Shown: positions 10,015 through 19,699 of the stretch, in pieces
How the letters are laid out: the number at the start of each line of letters is the position of its first letter
How positions within the stretch are numbered: the first letter of the stretch is position 1
Source of the DNA: an uncultured bacterium
GTDB lineage: Bacteria > SAR324 > NAC60-12
Assembly: GCA_964010765.1 (NCBI GenBank)
Contig: CAXGMD010000023.1
Location: 1-39,450 of the forward strand
Direction of reading: 5' to 3'
DNA: 39,450 nucleotides
Program-made: the position numbers and the translations under genes
The notes under the pieces: model-generated
Told to the model about the DNA's origin: nothing
Databases searched by the model: none
What the model saw: only the letters and a program-made list of their open reading frames with translations

Positions 10015-10404
10015 ATGTCTCTAGATGAGCGCTATCATCCTGACTGGCCAGTGATGTCAAGGTGGGTTCGTCAAGAGTTTGGCAATCGCTGCGCACGCTG
10101 CAAATTATCTGGTGATGAGGACGATATTGCTCTCCAAGTTCATCATATCGACGAGAATCCAGGCAATAATGCCTTGGAAAACTTAATTCCTCTTTGCAGT
10201 CGTTGTCATTTACAGATTGAAAAGGAGGCTCGTCAGCACGCACCCTACCAGCATCAGCAGACAGAACTGTTTGAAGATTCTTCCTATTCTAAGGCTCTAG
10301 GTGAGCTTCGCAGCAAAGCTCTTGCTCAACAATCTCAACAAAATACAAAGACCTCTGAGGACTTCGAACAAGAGGAGTGGGAGTGGGAGCAGGAAAATCA
10401 TTGA
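10015..10404 (+). CDS. Stand-alone HNH endonuclease
   Basis: CARC...LQVHHIDENPGNNALENLIPLCSRCH; GGAG Shine-Dalgarno upstream. Confidence 0.85.
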   Translation: MSLDERYHPDWPVMSRWVRQEFGNRCARCKLSGDEDDIALQVHHIDENPGNNALENLIPLCSRCHLQIEKEARQHAPYQHQQTELFEDSSYSKALGELRSKALAQQSQQNTKTSEDFEQEEWEWEQENH

Positions 10405-10829
10405 AAACACCCCGAAAGTTTGGTGGTTACTTTGGGTCCTGGAGTTCCACATTACTCACGCTCTTCTTGCTGATAAGTGCAGGAGGAGTCTGGTGGTGGC
10501 AACAGCATTCCGAAGATGAGGAATATGATCTTTCACGAATTGGTAGCGGACGACCAGTTGTAGTTCAGGTACATGATCCGACATGTGTTGTTTGTCGCCA
10601 ACTCCAACGCACAGTTGCCAGTTTGCAGGGAGAGTTTCAGGCTGACGTGGATTTTTTGATTGCAGATCTGAGTCGTCCAGAGGGGCAGGCTTTTGCGAAT
10701 CAGCAGCAAGTTGGGAGCATTACCCTGGTCTTTTTCGCGCAGGATGGGCAACTCTTGGGGGCACTGGAAGGTCTACAGGAACCAGAATTTTTACGAAAGG
10801 TGTTCGGTGAACTGCGCCCTTCAAATTAG
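10401..10829 (+). CDS. Membrane-anchored thioredoxin-fold protein
   Basis: N-terminal TM segment, then GRPVVVQVHDPTCVVC (CxxC). Probable TTG start at 10401 overlapping the HNH stop. Confidence 0.75.
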   Translation: MKTPRKFGGYFGSWSSTLLTLFLLISAGGVWWWQQHSEDEEYDLSRIGSGRPVVVQVHDPTCVVCRQLQRTVASLQGEFQADVDFLIADLSRPEGQAFANQQQVGSITLVFFAQDGQLLGALEGLQEPEFLRKVFGELRPSN

Positions 10830-10973
10830 ATCGAGCAACAATGTCATGGCGATGGAAGGAGGAATGACAAGGAGAGAATATCCAACCCAGCGCAGAACAG
10901 GCTGAGATAGCCGAGAGAACAGAAAGCCCAGGATCATTGGTAGAATCACTAGCAGCAGAATGATTCGCAGCAT
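10821..10973 (-). CDS. Small (50 aa) hydrophobic membrane protein, not in ORF track
   Basis: Hand translation MLRIILLLVILPMILGFLFSRLSQPVLRWVGYSLLVIPPSIAMTLLLDLI*. Starts 2 nt after the response regulator stop and fills the gap exactly. Confidence 0.55.
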   Translation of the reverse strand: MLRIILLLVILPMILGFLFSRLSQPVLRWVGYSLLVIPPSIAMTLLLDLI

Positions 10974-10975
10974 TT

Positions 10976-11362
10976 TTAGGAGAGAGATCGGGTCAGCAGA
11001 GATTGGATTTCCTGATCCAGTTGCTCTGCACGGAAGGGCTTGGTTAGGGTACTTTGGATTCCCATCGCCAGTGCCTGTGTCGCAAATTTTTCGGTAGGAA
11101 CACCAGAGATCAGCAGAACAGGAATCTTAGCCAGGACAGGATCCTGCTGCATTGATTGGAAGAGACCGATGCCGTCCATTTCTGGCATATGATAGTCAGT
11201 GATGACTAGATCGACAGGTTGGAATCGCAGTAAATTCAAGGCTTCCACGCCATCAGCAGCCATGCAGAGGTTTTGATAGCCAAGCTGTTGCAGCATTCTT
11301 TCAAGAATGGTTCGGATGAACTTGTAGTCATCCACTAGGAGGATAGAGGCATCGTAGTACAT
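10976..11362 (-). CDS. Single-domain CheY-like response regulator
   Basis: ILLVDD, DLVITDYHMPEMDG, TKPF motifs. ATG 11362 preferred over the ORF-track start at 11398. Confidence 0.9.
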   Translation of the reverse strand: MYYDASILLVDDYKFIRTILERMLQQLGYQNLCMAADGVEALNLLRFQPVDLVITDYHMPEMDGIGLFQSMQQDPVLAKIPVLLISGVPTEKFATQALAMGIQSTLTKPFRAEQLDQEIQSLLTRSLS

Positions 11363-11371
11363 ACGGTGCTT

Positions 11372-11401
11372 AGAAGACGGGTGCTGCCGGAGCAACACCC
11401 G
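11372..11401 (-). terminator. Stem-loop between antiporter and response regulator (weak terminator or mRNA stabiliser)
   Basis: Minus strand CGGGTGTTGC-TCCG-GCAGCACCCG followed by TCTTCT (10-bp stem, poor U-tract). Confidence 0.45.
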
Positions 11402-11410
11402 GTGGAGGGA

Positions 11411-13255
11411 TTAAACGAACTTGAAGATGGCCCCGAGATCTTCTTGGATCTGGCGAGTAGCATCCCAATGGTCCTTGCCCTTTTGCAGGAAGGCCTCTTT
11501 GGTGCTCTTGCCCATCTCTTCCTCGAAGACTTTGCGGAAGCTCTTCGAAGCAAGGTAATCTGTCTGGATCACGTAGCGCACACCAGCTTCATAAAGTTCC
11601 AGTGCTTCGTCATGAGAGGAAGTGGTTGCAACGAATGGCGTGTCTGGAGCATGCTCAGCCAAGTAGGCTGCAATGCCCAACTCCATTTCCTGTCCTTCAA
11701 CAAGACAGGAAACGACAACCTTCGCCTTTTCAAAAGCAAATTGCTTCCAGACATCTGGATCTTCCATGTCTGCGTAAAGTGGGACAATATTCGAATCCTC
11801 TTTTTTGCGGAAGAATTCTGTGATCTCCGGATCCAGGTCCATCAGTAAAACCTTCTCACCTTTCTCTGCGTAGTGTCCTGCGATTTCAGCAGCTAACTCA
11901 TTGTAAGAAAGAACCACTACGTGATTCTCCAGTGCAAAATCTCCTTCCAGTTCATAGGTGGAGCTTCGCTTGTCAATGAAGCGCAATGAGCCACGCAGCA
12001 TGTTGTAGAGAGTGCCCAGATAGAGGTGACTGATCGCTGCAAAGAACATTGAGAACAAGACAGTCAAGGTGACTAGGGCAAAAACATAGTCACTGAACAA
12101 GCCAGTTTCACGACAGATCAATGCGATGATCAATGAGAATTCTGAGCAGTGATTGATTGTACCACCCAGCAAAAACGCAGGACGTCCCTTAAGACGAGTG
12201 GCCCAACCTGTGATCAACATGGCAACTGGTTTGATAACCAATACGATGACCGCAAGCACGACTGCCAAGCCGAAGGCACTACCCATTGCTCCAGATTCCA
12301 GTGTGACCATACGGAAACCCAAGGTAAGGAAGAAGAGAATCACCCCAAAGGTTTTCAGTGGATTGACCTTATCCTCAATTTCCAGCTTCTGTGGAATGAT
12401 TCCGAGGAAGACACCAGCGAAGAACGCACCACCTTCTTGGGAGAAGCCCATAGTATCACACACAGCCGCTACCCCCATGCAGTAGCCCAGCGCGGTGACA
12501 AACATCAGTTCCGGTGACTCACTGAGGAATTTAAAAACTTTCTCCAGAACGTAGCGAGATAGCGAAGATAAGACTGCCATCAGAACCAGCATCTTGATGA
12601 ACGCCATCCCCATGCCTGTAATACCACCAGCATCACGCATCTGGCCTTCTAGCAGGACAATCGCAACAACAGCTACCAAGTCCTGCAATAGCATGATTCC
12701 ACCGGCCAACTGACCGTGTAGCGATCCTTCTGAGCCAGAGTAGCTTAGGGCGCTCTGGGCCACCAGAGTTGATGAGAGGGAGAGGCAAATAGCAACGAAG
12801 AAGAGACCTTCAGTACCAATACCATCGATGATGCCACCAGCTAATAATAGCATCACAACCATCACAACTACCAACTGGCCGATACCGTTGTAGAGTACCA
12901 GTTTGCTGCGGTTCGTGATCTCTCGCAGGTTGACGCTCATTCCGGCCATGAAGAGCAATAGGACGATGCCAATTTCAGCAAAGCCTTCAATCAGAGGACC
13001 ATTGGCGATGGCCATCGCCGCTTCACTCCCAGCGACCAAACCGCCCACAGCACCAGCTACTACGAAAGCAAGTAGAATGGGCTGGTTGAAGCGAGTCAGG
13101 ACCATCGAAATCAGCATTGCGCTACCAAGCAGCAAGCCGAGTGACATGATCAAGGCTCCACCGCCTGCCGCATAGGCAGGCGTGGCCATCACGAAGAGTG
13201 TGATGAATAGCACTCCCAAGGAAGTACGTAGTTTTTGACAAAGATTCATAGTCAT
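11411..13255 (-). CDS. CPA2/Kef-type cation:proton antiporter with C-terminal KTN/TrkA-N domain (paralog 2)
   Basis: About 13 TM segments, GIVLLLFMAG, LSLSST, LLQDL, SEFSL, then DLDPE and YADMEDPDVW in the KTN domain. Confidence 0.9.
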   Translation of the reverse strand: MTMNLCQKLRTSLGVLFITLFVMATPAYAAGGGALIMSLGLLLGSAMLISMVLTRFNQPILLAFVVAGAVGGLVAGSEAAMAIANGPLIEGFAEIGIVLLLFMAGMSVNLREITNRSKLVLYNGIGQLVVVMVVMLLLAGGIIDGIGTEGLFFVAICLSLSSTLVAQSALSYSGSEGSLHGQLAGGIMLLQDLVAVVAIVLLEGQMRDAGGITGMGMAFIKMLVLMAVLSSLSRYVLEKVFKFLSESPELMFVTALGYCMGVAAVCDTMGFSQEGGAFFAGVFLGIIPQKLEIEDKVNPLKTFGVILFFLTLGFRMVTLESGAMGSAFGLAVVLAVIVLVIKPVAMLITGWATRLKGRPAFLLGGTINHCSEFSLIIALICRETGLFSDYVFALVTLTVLFSMFFAAISHLYLGTLYNMLRGSLRFIDKRSSTYELEGDFALENHVVVLSYNELAAEIAGHYAEKGEKVLLMDLDPEITEFFRKKEDSNIVPLYADMEDPDVWKQFAFEKAKVVVSCLVEGQEMELGIAAYLAEHAPDTPFVATTSSHDEALELYEAGVRYVIQTDYLASKSFRKVFEEEMGKSTKEAFLQKGKDHWDATRQIQEDLGAIFKFV

Positions 13256-13281
13256 TCTCTCTGCTAGAGGGGTAGAAGAAA

Positions 13282-15171
13282 TCAGACCAAACTGAAAATA
13301 CTGCCCATGCCTTCTTGGATCTGCTTGGTTTGTTCAAAATGCTCTTTTCCAACTTCTCGGAAGGCATCTTTTGGATCCTTTTCCATTTCCTGAGCAAACA
13401 GATCCCGGAAGCTTTTAGAAGCCAGGTATTCAGTTTGGATAGCGTAACGTACACCTGCCTCATACAACTCGAGTGCTTCTTCGTGTGAGCTGGTCGCTGC
13501 CAGGAAGGGCACATGGTCGCTTTTCTCATGCAGGTAATGGCAGATACCGATCTCAGCTTCTTGCCCCTCGTCCAGACAGGAAATGACAATGCGAGCTTTT
13601 TCGAAGGCGAAGTGCTCCCAAACATCGGGATCCTGCATGTCTGCGTACTTGGCTACAATATTGGAGTTAGAGTGGTTCTTCTTGAAGTAGTCGGTAATGT
13701 CTGGATCAAGATCCAACAGTAGAACCTTCTGATTATTTTGACTGTAGAAGTCAGCAATCTCCATCGAGAGTTCATTGAAGGAGAGAATGACAACATGGTC
13801 TTCCATCTCCAATTCTTCATGTTCCTCCTCTTCTTCCATGCTGCGCTTATCCATGAAGAGTAAGCGACTGCGGGCGGCTTGATACATTGGGTCCAGAAAC
13901 TGATGCCCAAGTGAGGAGAGGAAGAAGGTCAGCAATACAACCAGTGTGACAATGATGAACAACTCATCGTTGAAAATACCGAACTGCCGACAAAGTACAG
14001 CAAGCATCAAGGAGAATTCAGAACTTTGATTGATAATAGCTCCAATCATGAAGGCTGCTCTTCCCTTCATCTTAGCCATGTAGCCCAAGAAGAGCATGAG
14101 TGGCACTGTCAAGATGACTAGGTACAGGGTCAATACAACACCTGTGGAGAGTCCACCAACGATGGCTGCACCGTCAAGGAAAGGTAGGTCGAAGCCGAGG
14201 GCGATGAAGAAAAGGATTACTCCGAAAGCCTTTAGAGGTTCTACTTTGTCCTCAATCTCGTGCCGGTAGGGTAGTGCTGCCAGCGTGGCACCGGCGAAGA
14301 AGGCGCCGATTCCGGAGGAGAAGCTGACAACCTCACAAAGTCCGCCGACACCCATTCCGTAACCGAGGGCTCCAATGAAAAGTAGCTCAGAAGAGCGTGC
14401 CAAGTACTTGAACATTGCGTTGAGGACGTACTTGGTGAAGAAGTACAGAATGACAATTAGGATCGCCATCTTTAAGAAAATCATGGCAACTTCAAGGCCC
14501 AAGGAACCCCCACCTTCACGACTCGGATCTAGGCTCAGCAGAATTGCCAGGGCAACAACGGCAACAACATCTTGAAGCACCATCAAGCCCAGGGCGATCT
14601 GTCCGTGCAGGGTTTCCATCTGCCCAGTTTTCTTCAACGTACCAATTACTAAAATGGTCGAAGAGAGAGTTAAACAGAGAGCAAAATAGATGAGAGTGGC
14701 AAACCAACCATCACCGAAGGTGTCCGCACCAATGCCAATGTAAGCGACTCCAAGTCCCATACTGACAATCAGCAGAAGGGTAATCTGGCCCGCACCGTTG
14801 ATTAGTACCAACTGCCAACGCTTGATCATGCCCTTGATGTCAACCTCCATTCCGGCCATGAAGAGCAGCAGGATGATTCCAATATCGATGAAGGCACTCA
14901 TCAGTTCCTTGGAGATCAATTCATCTCCAGCACCAATGGACTTGGCGTAAAATCCGCCGATGGCACCTACGCCGATGAAGGCGAGTAGGCTTGACTGCTT
15001 GACATAGCTTAGCAGAATAGCGAGTACTGTTGCTCCCAAGAGCATCATTCCCAGAGGTACTACCAGGCTGCCCGGCCCGGAGCTTTCTCCACTGCCAGCA
15101 GCCCATGTGACTGCCGGTAGGGCAATCATCACAAGGGCGACTAGGGTCCGCGTGAATCCTCTTTCCAGCAT
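13282..15171 (-). CDS. CPA2/Kef-type cation:proton antiporter with KTN domain (paralog 1)
   Basis: GIILLLFMAG, LTLSST, VLQDV, QSSEFSL, KTN domain. ATG 15171 has GGAG upstream; the ORF-track start at 15324 would overlap kdsD. Confidence 0.9.
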   Translation of the reverse strand: MLERGFTRTLVALVMIALPAVTWAAGSGESSGPGSLVVPLGMMLLGATVLAILLSYVKQSSLLAFIGVGAIGGFYAKSIGAGDELISKELMSAFIDIGIILLLFMAGMEVDIKGMIKRWQLVLINGAGQITLLLIVSMGLGVAYIGIGADTFGDGWFATLIYFALCLTLSSTILVIGTLKKTGQMETLHGQIALGLMVLQDVVAVVALAILLSLDPSREGGGSLGLEVAMIFLKMAILIVILYFFTKYVLNAMFKYLARSSELLFIGALGYGMGVGGLCEVVSFSSGIGAFFAGATLAALPYRHEIEDKVEPLKAFGVILFFIALGFDLPFLDGAAIVGGLSTGVVLTLYLVILTVPLMLFLGYMAKMKGRAAFMIGAIINQSSEFSLMLAVLCRQFGIFNDELFIIVTLVVLLTFFLSSLGHQFLDPMYQAARSRLLFMDKRSMEEEEEHEELEMEDHVVILSFNELSMEIADFYSQNNQKVLLLDLDPDITDYFKKNHSNSNIVAKYADMQDPDVWEHFAFEKARIVISCLDEGQEAEIGICHYLHEKSDHVPFLAATSSHEEALELYEAGVRYAIQTEYLASKSFRDLFAQEMEKDPKDAFREVGKEHFEQTKQIQEGMGSIFSLV

Positions 15172-15299
15172 GCGAATCTCCAGCGAAAGGTTGATGGTTT
15201 GCAAAATTCTACAACGGGCCCCACTATACTGATAAGTTTCTGGTCCATTCAAGTTTTCTTGCAAATAAATCAATAATTTTTTCTGACAACATTCTGGTG

Positions 15300-16298
15300 A
15301 TGACAAACAATAAGATAGAAACATCCCAAAATATTCTCAATTCAGCACGCGGTTTTCTTAGAATTGAGCAGGATGGACTGAGAGCTCTGGAAGCCCAGTT
15401 GGATGAACATTTTGTTACAGCAGTGGAGTGGTTACTGGCCTGTCGAGGGAAGGTTGTCGTCACCGGTATGGGCAAAAGTGGCCATATCGGAAGGAAGTTA
15501 TCGGCTACGCTATCGAGTACAGGAACGCCTTCTCTGTTCTTACACCCCGGGGAGGGAGTTCATGGAGATCTGGGGGTAGTTGCTCGTCAAGATGTGGTAA
15601 TTCTGCTAAGCAACAGCGGCACGACCGAAGAGATGCTTCAGTTACTTCCCTCCTTGCGGTCGATTGGTTGTCAAACAGTTTCAATTACTCGTGATCCGAG
15701 TTCACCACTGGCAACGCAGGCGTCTTTGCATATCAGCTGTCAGGTACCGAAAGAGGCTTGTCCCTTGTCCCTGGCCCCAACTACCAGCACAACGGCGCTG
15801 CTCGCCCTAGGAGATGCCCTTGCACTATGCGTAATGGAGCGGAGGCGATTCACCCCAGAACAATTCGCGCTCTATCATCCACAGGGTGCGTTGGGTCGTC
15901 GTCTACTGACTCGAGTCGAGGACGTCATGCTTCCCAAGGATCGTCTACCTTTGGTGGCTCCAGATCTCTCCTTGCGCCAGGGAGTGGTTGAATTGGCTCA
16001 CAAGCGTTTGGGGTTGTTGATCATTGTTGCTGAAGACCAAAATTTGCTAGGAGTCTTCAGCAACGGAGACCTCTCGCGATTGTTGGAAGATCCAACACAT
16101 GATCCAAATGTAGATTGGCCTCGCCCTGTTGCTGACTGGATGCGCATAGATCCTCTGACAGTTGCCCATGATAGTATGGCCTTGGCCGCCAAGGAGTTGA
16201 TGCAGGAAAACTCAGTTTTGACGCTAGTGGTTACCGATTCTGATAACCGTGTTTGTGGGGCTGTGCAACTCTACGATATTCTCCGTGCGGGCATCTGA
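15300..16298 (+). CDS. kdsD: Arabinose-5-phosphate isomerase (KpsF/GutQ family, SIS + CBS)
   Basis: GMGKSGHIG, HPGEGVHGDLG, SNSGTT, APTTSTT, HPQGALG and C-terminal CBS pair. Confidence 0.92.
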   Translation: MTNNKIETSQNILNSARGFLRIEQDGLRALEAQLDEHFVTAVEWLLACRGKVVVTGMGKSGHIGRKLSATLSSTGTPSLFLHPGEGVHGDLGVVARQDVVILLSNSGTTEEMLQLLPSLRSIGCQTVSITRDPSSPLATQASLHISCQVPKEACPLSLAPTTSTTALLALGDALALCVMERRRFTPEQFALYHPQGALGRRLLTRVEDVMLPKDRLPLVAPDLSLRQGVVELAHKRLGLLIIVAEDQNLLGVFSNGDLSRLLEDPTHDPNVDWPRPVADWMRIDPLTVAHDSMALAAKELMQENSVLTLVVTDSDNRVCGAVQLYDILRAGI

Positions 16299-16397
16299 TT
16301 TTCCTGCTTTCGATTAGACAGATTGGGGGCTTACTGTTAGCATAAAATTCTAAATTTTTGTCTGGCCTACCAATCCGTCTTCATAAAGGAGTTTGTC

Positions 16398-17852
16398 ATG
16401 TCCCAGGCTGTGGTAGCGATTGCCGGTGCTACCGGCTTCGTCGGAACCGCAATCCGCAATAGTCTGCTTGAACAGTTCACTGTTCGAGGATTGACCCGAT
16501 CCGCCTACAAACTCTCTCATCCCGATCTGAATGATCCTGTGCAGTGGGTTCATTGCAATGCCTATTCGGCTTCTTCTGTCGAGCAAGCCCTGCAGGGCAC
16601 AGATTACCTGATCTACTTGATTCACTCGATGGTACCCTCCTCTCGGCTGACCCAGGCATCCTTTCAGGACTTGGATTTGCTCTTAGCAGACAACTTTGCT
16701 CAGGGAGCCAAAGCTGCTGGGTTAAAGCAGATTCTCTATGTGGGGGGGTTGATGCCAGATGATGAGCGTGAAGAGGCATCACAGCATCTTTCCAGTCGCT
16801 ATGAAGTTGAGCAGGTTTTGAAGGCGTCTGGAGTACCAGTCACTACAGTGCGCTGTGGAGTGATCGTTGGGCCAGGAGGTTCTTCTTTGCGAATTCTGAT
16901 CAATCTTGTGCGCAGATTACCCATAATGGGATTGCCAACCTGGACCTGGTCCCAAACCCAGCCAGTTGCGATTCAGGATGTGTTGAAGGCAGTCAAACTT
17001 TGTTTGGGGGCCCCAGGAGAGTACTCAGGATCTTTTGATATCGGCGGCCCTGACTTGATGACCTACAAGGATATGATGCAGATCACTGCTGAAGAGATGG
17101 GAAAAAATCGTTGGATGTTTCCATTCCCCTTTGTGACTCTGGGAATCTCCAAGCGTTGGGTTTCCACTATCAGCAACAGTTCACAAGCGCTGGTTGGTCC
17201 ACTAGTAGACAGCCTGCGTCATGACCTGCGAGCCAAATCAAATCGATTACAGGATCAACTTGTAGGTTCTGCAGTAACGTTTCGAGAATCGGTGGCGGCT
17301 TCAATGGATGAACAGGGGTTTCCACTACAAAATCCACGTCAGGAGTTGAAGCGAGAGGATCAGCAGATGATCCATGAGCAACGTCGAGTGCGCTCTGTTC
17401 AGCGACTGCCATTACCTCCAGGCAGAGATGCTCGTTGGGTTTTGGAGGAATATGTGCGCTGGCTGCCTCAATTTCTTAAGCCGTTTCTACGCTGTGATGT
17501 TTTGGAGAACGGGAGGGTGCTCTTCTGCTTGCGGTTTCTCTCAACTCCGCTACTGGAGCTGCGTTTGCGACAAGGTGGTGATGAGCATCGTAAGGTGCTT
17601 GACATTATTGGAGGATTGCTCGCTGATACCCAAGAAAGTCAGGAAGGACGTCTAGAATTTAGAGAGGTGTTTGACGGCAAGTACGTGATTGCCGCGATTC
17701 ACGACTTTTGTCCGAGCCTGCCGTGGTACATCTACAACACAACACAAGCAGTCGCACATCTGTTTGTGATGAACGCTTTCGGACGGCATCTGGCGAGAAT
17801 GTGTGAGGCTTCAGCAGTTGTTGTTACCGCCGTTGAGCCATCTGCAGAGTGA
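16398..17852 (+). CDS. Atypical SDR / NAD(P)-binding epimerase-family protein with C-terminal extension
   Basis: IAGATGFVG, YLIHSM, SQHLSSRYEVE, IVGPGGSS, TQPVAIQDV; AAGGAG SD. Confidence 0.85.
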   Translation: MSQAVVAIAGATGFVGTAIRNSLLEQFTVRGLTRSAYKLSHPDLNDPVQWVHCNAYSASSVEQALQGTDYLIYLIHSMVPSSRLTQASFQDLDLLLADNFAQGAKAAGLKQILYVGGLMPDDEREEASQHLSSRYEVEQVLKASGVPVTTVRCGVIVGPGGSSLRILINLVRRLPIMGLPTWTWSQTQPVAIQDVLKAVKLCLGAPGEYSGSFDIGGPDLMTYKDMMQITAEEMGKNRWMFPFPFVTLGISKRWVSTISNSSQALVGPLVDSLRHDLRAKSNRLQDQLVGSAVTFRESVAASMDEQGFPLQNPRQELKREDQQMIHEQRRVRSVQRLPLPPGRDARWVLEEYVRWLPQFLKPFLRCDVLENGRVLFCLRFLSTPLLELRLRQGGDEHRKVLDIIGGLLADTQESQEGRLEFREVFDGKYVIAAIHDFCPSLPWYIYNTTQAVAHLFVMNAFGRHLARMCEASAVVVTAVEPSAE

Positions 17853-17866
17853 TGATCTGTCTTTTT

Positions 17867-19699
17867 TCAGACAGGAGTTGTTTCTTGGTCCTGCAAGGCT
17901 GAAAGAACAGCTTGTCCCACCACAGTATCTGCCAGGGATCGGGTCAAATCTCCAAGCCGGTCCATTTCTGTTTTAAGCACCTGAGGATCTTGTCCTTCCA
18001 TCTGCTGACGTACAACCTCCATTTGCTGGCGAATTGCAGTGCAGTCTATCTGAGCCAGTGCTTTTTCCGCAATAGTCCAGTGCATCTCGATACCCTGTAG
18101 AACCCGCTCTGCAGTTTGGCGAAATTCAATCAACTGACGTGCAGTAAAGTCCTCAATCGCATGCTCATAAGATGCTTCTAGCAAATCATCGATCTCCTGC
18201 TGGGTGAGTCCATGGAAAGGAATCACTTCAATAGAGGCATCAGTCTGGCTACGTTTTTCCAGAGCGGAAACAGTTAGGATTCCGTTGGCGTCTACCCGGA
18301 AAGTGACTTCAACCAAAGGTAGACCTGCTTTCATTGCAGGAATGCCTCTCAATTTGAAGCGCCCCAGACAACGGCAATCACGAACTAGCTCTCGTTCACC
18401 TTGGTAAATGTTGATCTCAATAGCAGTCTGGTTGTCAACGTGGGTCGTGTAGAGTTCCTTGGCCTCCGTTGGCAGGGTCGTGTTCGCCGTGATCAATTTG
18501 CTGAAGGTCCCTCCAACCGTTTCGATGCCCAACGCCAGAGGAATCACATCCAGCAGCAGGAAGTCTCTTCTCCCGCCTGCGAGTAAGTGCCCCTGGATGC
18601 CTGCTCCCAGTGCAACTACCTTGTAGGGGTCAATTGCCACTTGTGGGGTTCGGCCAAAAAACTGTTGTACTTGCCGGCGTACTTCTGGGACTACCGTGGA
18701 ACCACCGACCAAAACCACCTCATCCAGGTCTTCAACTTTCCATCCTGCCTGATCCAAAGCTTGCTGACAGCGTTGCAGTGTTCGTTGGATCACGGGTGCC
18801 AGTAATGGTTGAAGTTCGGTCGTTGTGAATGAACCCTGATGAGACCAGGATTGATCTTCAATTGAAATAGTATATTCTATTTCGTTACTCTGGCTCAGGC
18901 CGATTTTGATTGTCTCCGCAGTTTGTCGTAAAACCTGACGGGCTAAGGGGGAGCGAAGCTCTGCGTCAGTAAATTCCTGCTGAATCCGAAGCGTAAGTTC
19001 ACCAACGATAGCTTGGTCGAAATCATCTCCTCCCAGACGAGTATCGCCATTGGTAGCAACCACCTTGAAGATTTTCCCGGTTAACTGGAGCAATGAGATG
19101 TCAAAGGTGCCTCCACCCAGATCATAGACGGCAATTTTTCCTTCCTTACGCTCATCCAAGCCATAGGCAATCGCTGCCGCAGTGGGTTCATTGAGAATCC
19201 GCACAGCTTCCAGTCCAGCAAGGCGAGCCGCATCTCTAGTAGCTTGTCGTTGAACATCGTCGAAATAGGCTGGAACGGTGATTACCGCTTTCTGTAGAGT
19301 CTCGCCAAGGATTACTTCTGCTCGATACTTGACTGCCTTGAGAATCTCAGCAGAAATTTCCTGTGGTGTGAAAGCCTGTTCGTCTAGGCAGACCAGAACT
19401 TGTCCACGTTCACCAGAGCGCAGTTGGTAGGGGAGTTGAGCCTGTTCTTCGGCAGGAATTTCCTCAAGGCTACGCCCTATCAAGCGCTTGATCGAGTGCA
19501 GTGTTTGCGTAGGATTTTGTAGACTCCTGATCAGCGCCTCTTGGCCCACAAGCCATTTTCCCTCATGCATCGTTAGTACAGAGGGAATGATTGGGGTCTG
19601 TCCAGGTTCAGCAATTACCTCCGGTCCTACCTGATCGAAGACGGTTGCGGCAAGACTGTTGGTCGTGCCGAGGTCTATACCGACGATACGTTCTGTCAT
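17867..19699 (-). CDS. hscA: Fe-S cluster assembly Hsp70 chaperone
   Basis: [30 protein letters not shown]. Directly downstream of hscB in an isc operon. Confidence 0.88.
   Translation of the reverse strand: MTERIVGIDLGTTNSLAATVFDQVGPEVIAEPGQTPIIPSVLTMHEGKWLVGQEALIRSLQNPTQTLHSIKRLIGRSLEEIPAEEQAQLPYQLRSGERGQVLVCLDEQAFTPQEISAEILKAVKYRAEVILGETLQKAVITVPAYFDDVQRQATRDAARLAGLEAVRILNEPTAAAIAYGLDERKEGKIAVYDLGGGTFDISLLQLTGKIFKVVATNGDTRLGGDDFDQAIVGELTLRIQQEFTDAELRSPLARQVLRQTAETIKIGLSQSNEIEYTISIEDQSWSHQGSFTTTELQPLLAPVIQRTLQRCQQALDQAGWKVEDLDEVVLVGGSTVVPEVRRQVQQFFGRTPQVAIDPYKVVALGAGIQGHLLAGGRRDFLLLDVIPLALGIETVGGTFSKLITANTTLPTEAKELYTTHVDNQTAIEINIYQGERELVRDCRCLGRFKLRGIPAMKAGLPLVEVTFRVDANGILTVSALEKRSQTDASIEVIPFHGLTQQEIDDLLEASYEHAIEDFTARQLIEFRQTAERVLQGIEMHWTIAEKALAQIDCTAIRQQMEVVRQQMEGQDPQVLKTEMDRLGDLTRSLADTVVGQAVLSALQDQETTPV

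Noticed and set aside
11366..14575. Several + strand ORFs antisense to the antiporters
   Set aside because: Shadow frames of hydrophobic coding sequence with no independent motifs
15172..15324. ORF-track N-terminal extension of the first antiporter (similar extensions for recA, mnmH, glmS, hscB, hisB, porin and the 34892 ORF)
   Set aside because: They overlap neighbouring genes or leaders; downstream starts fit SD sites, signal peptides or family N-termini better
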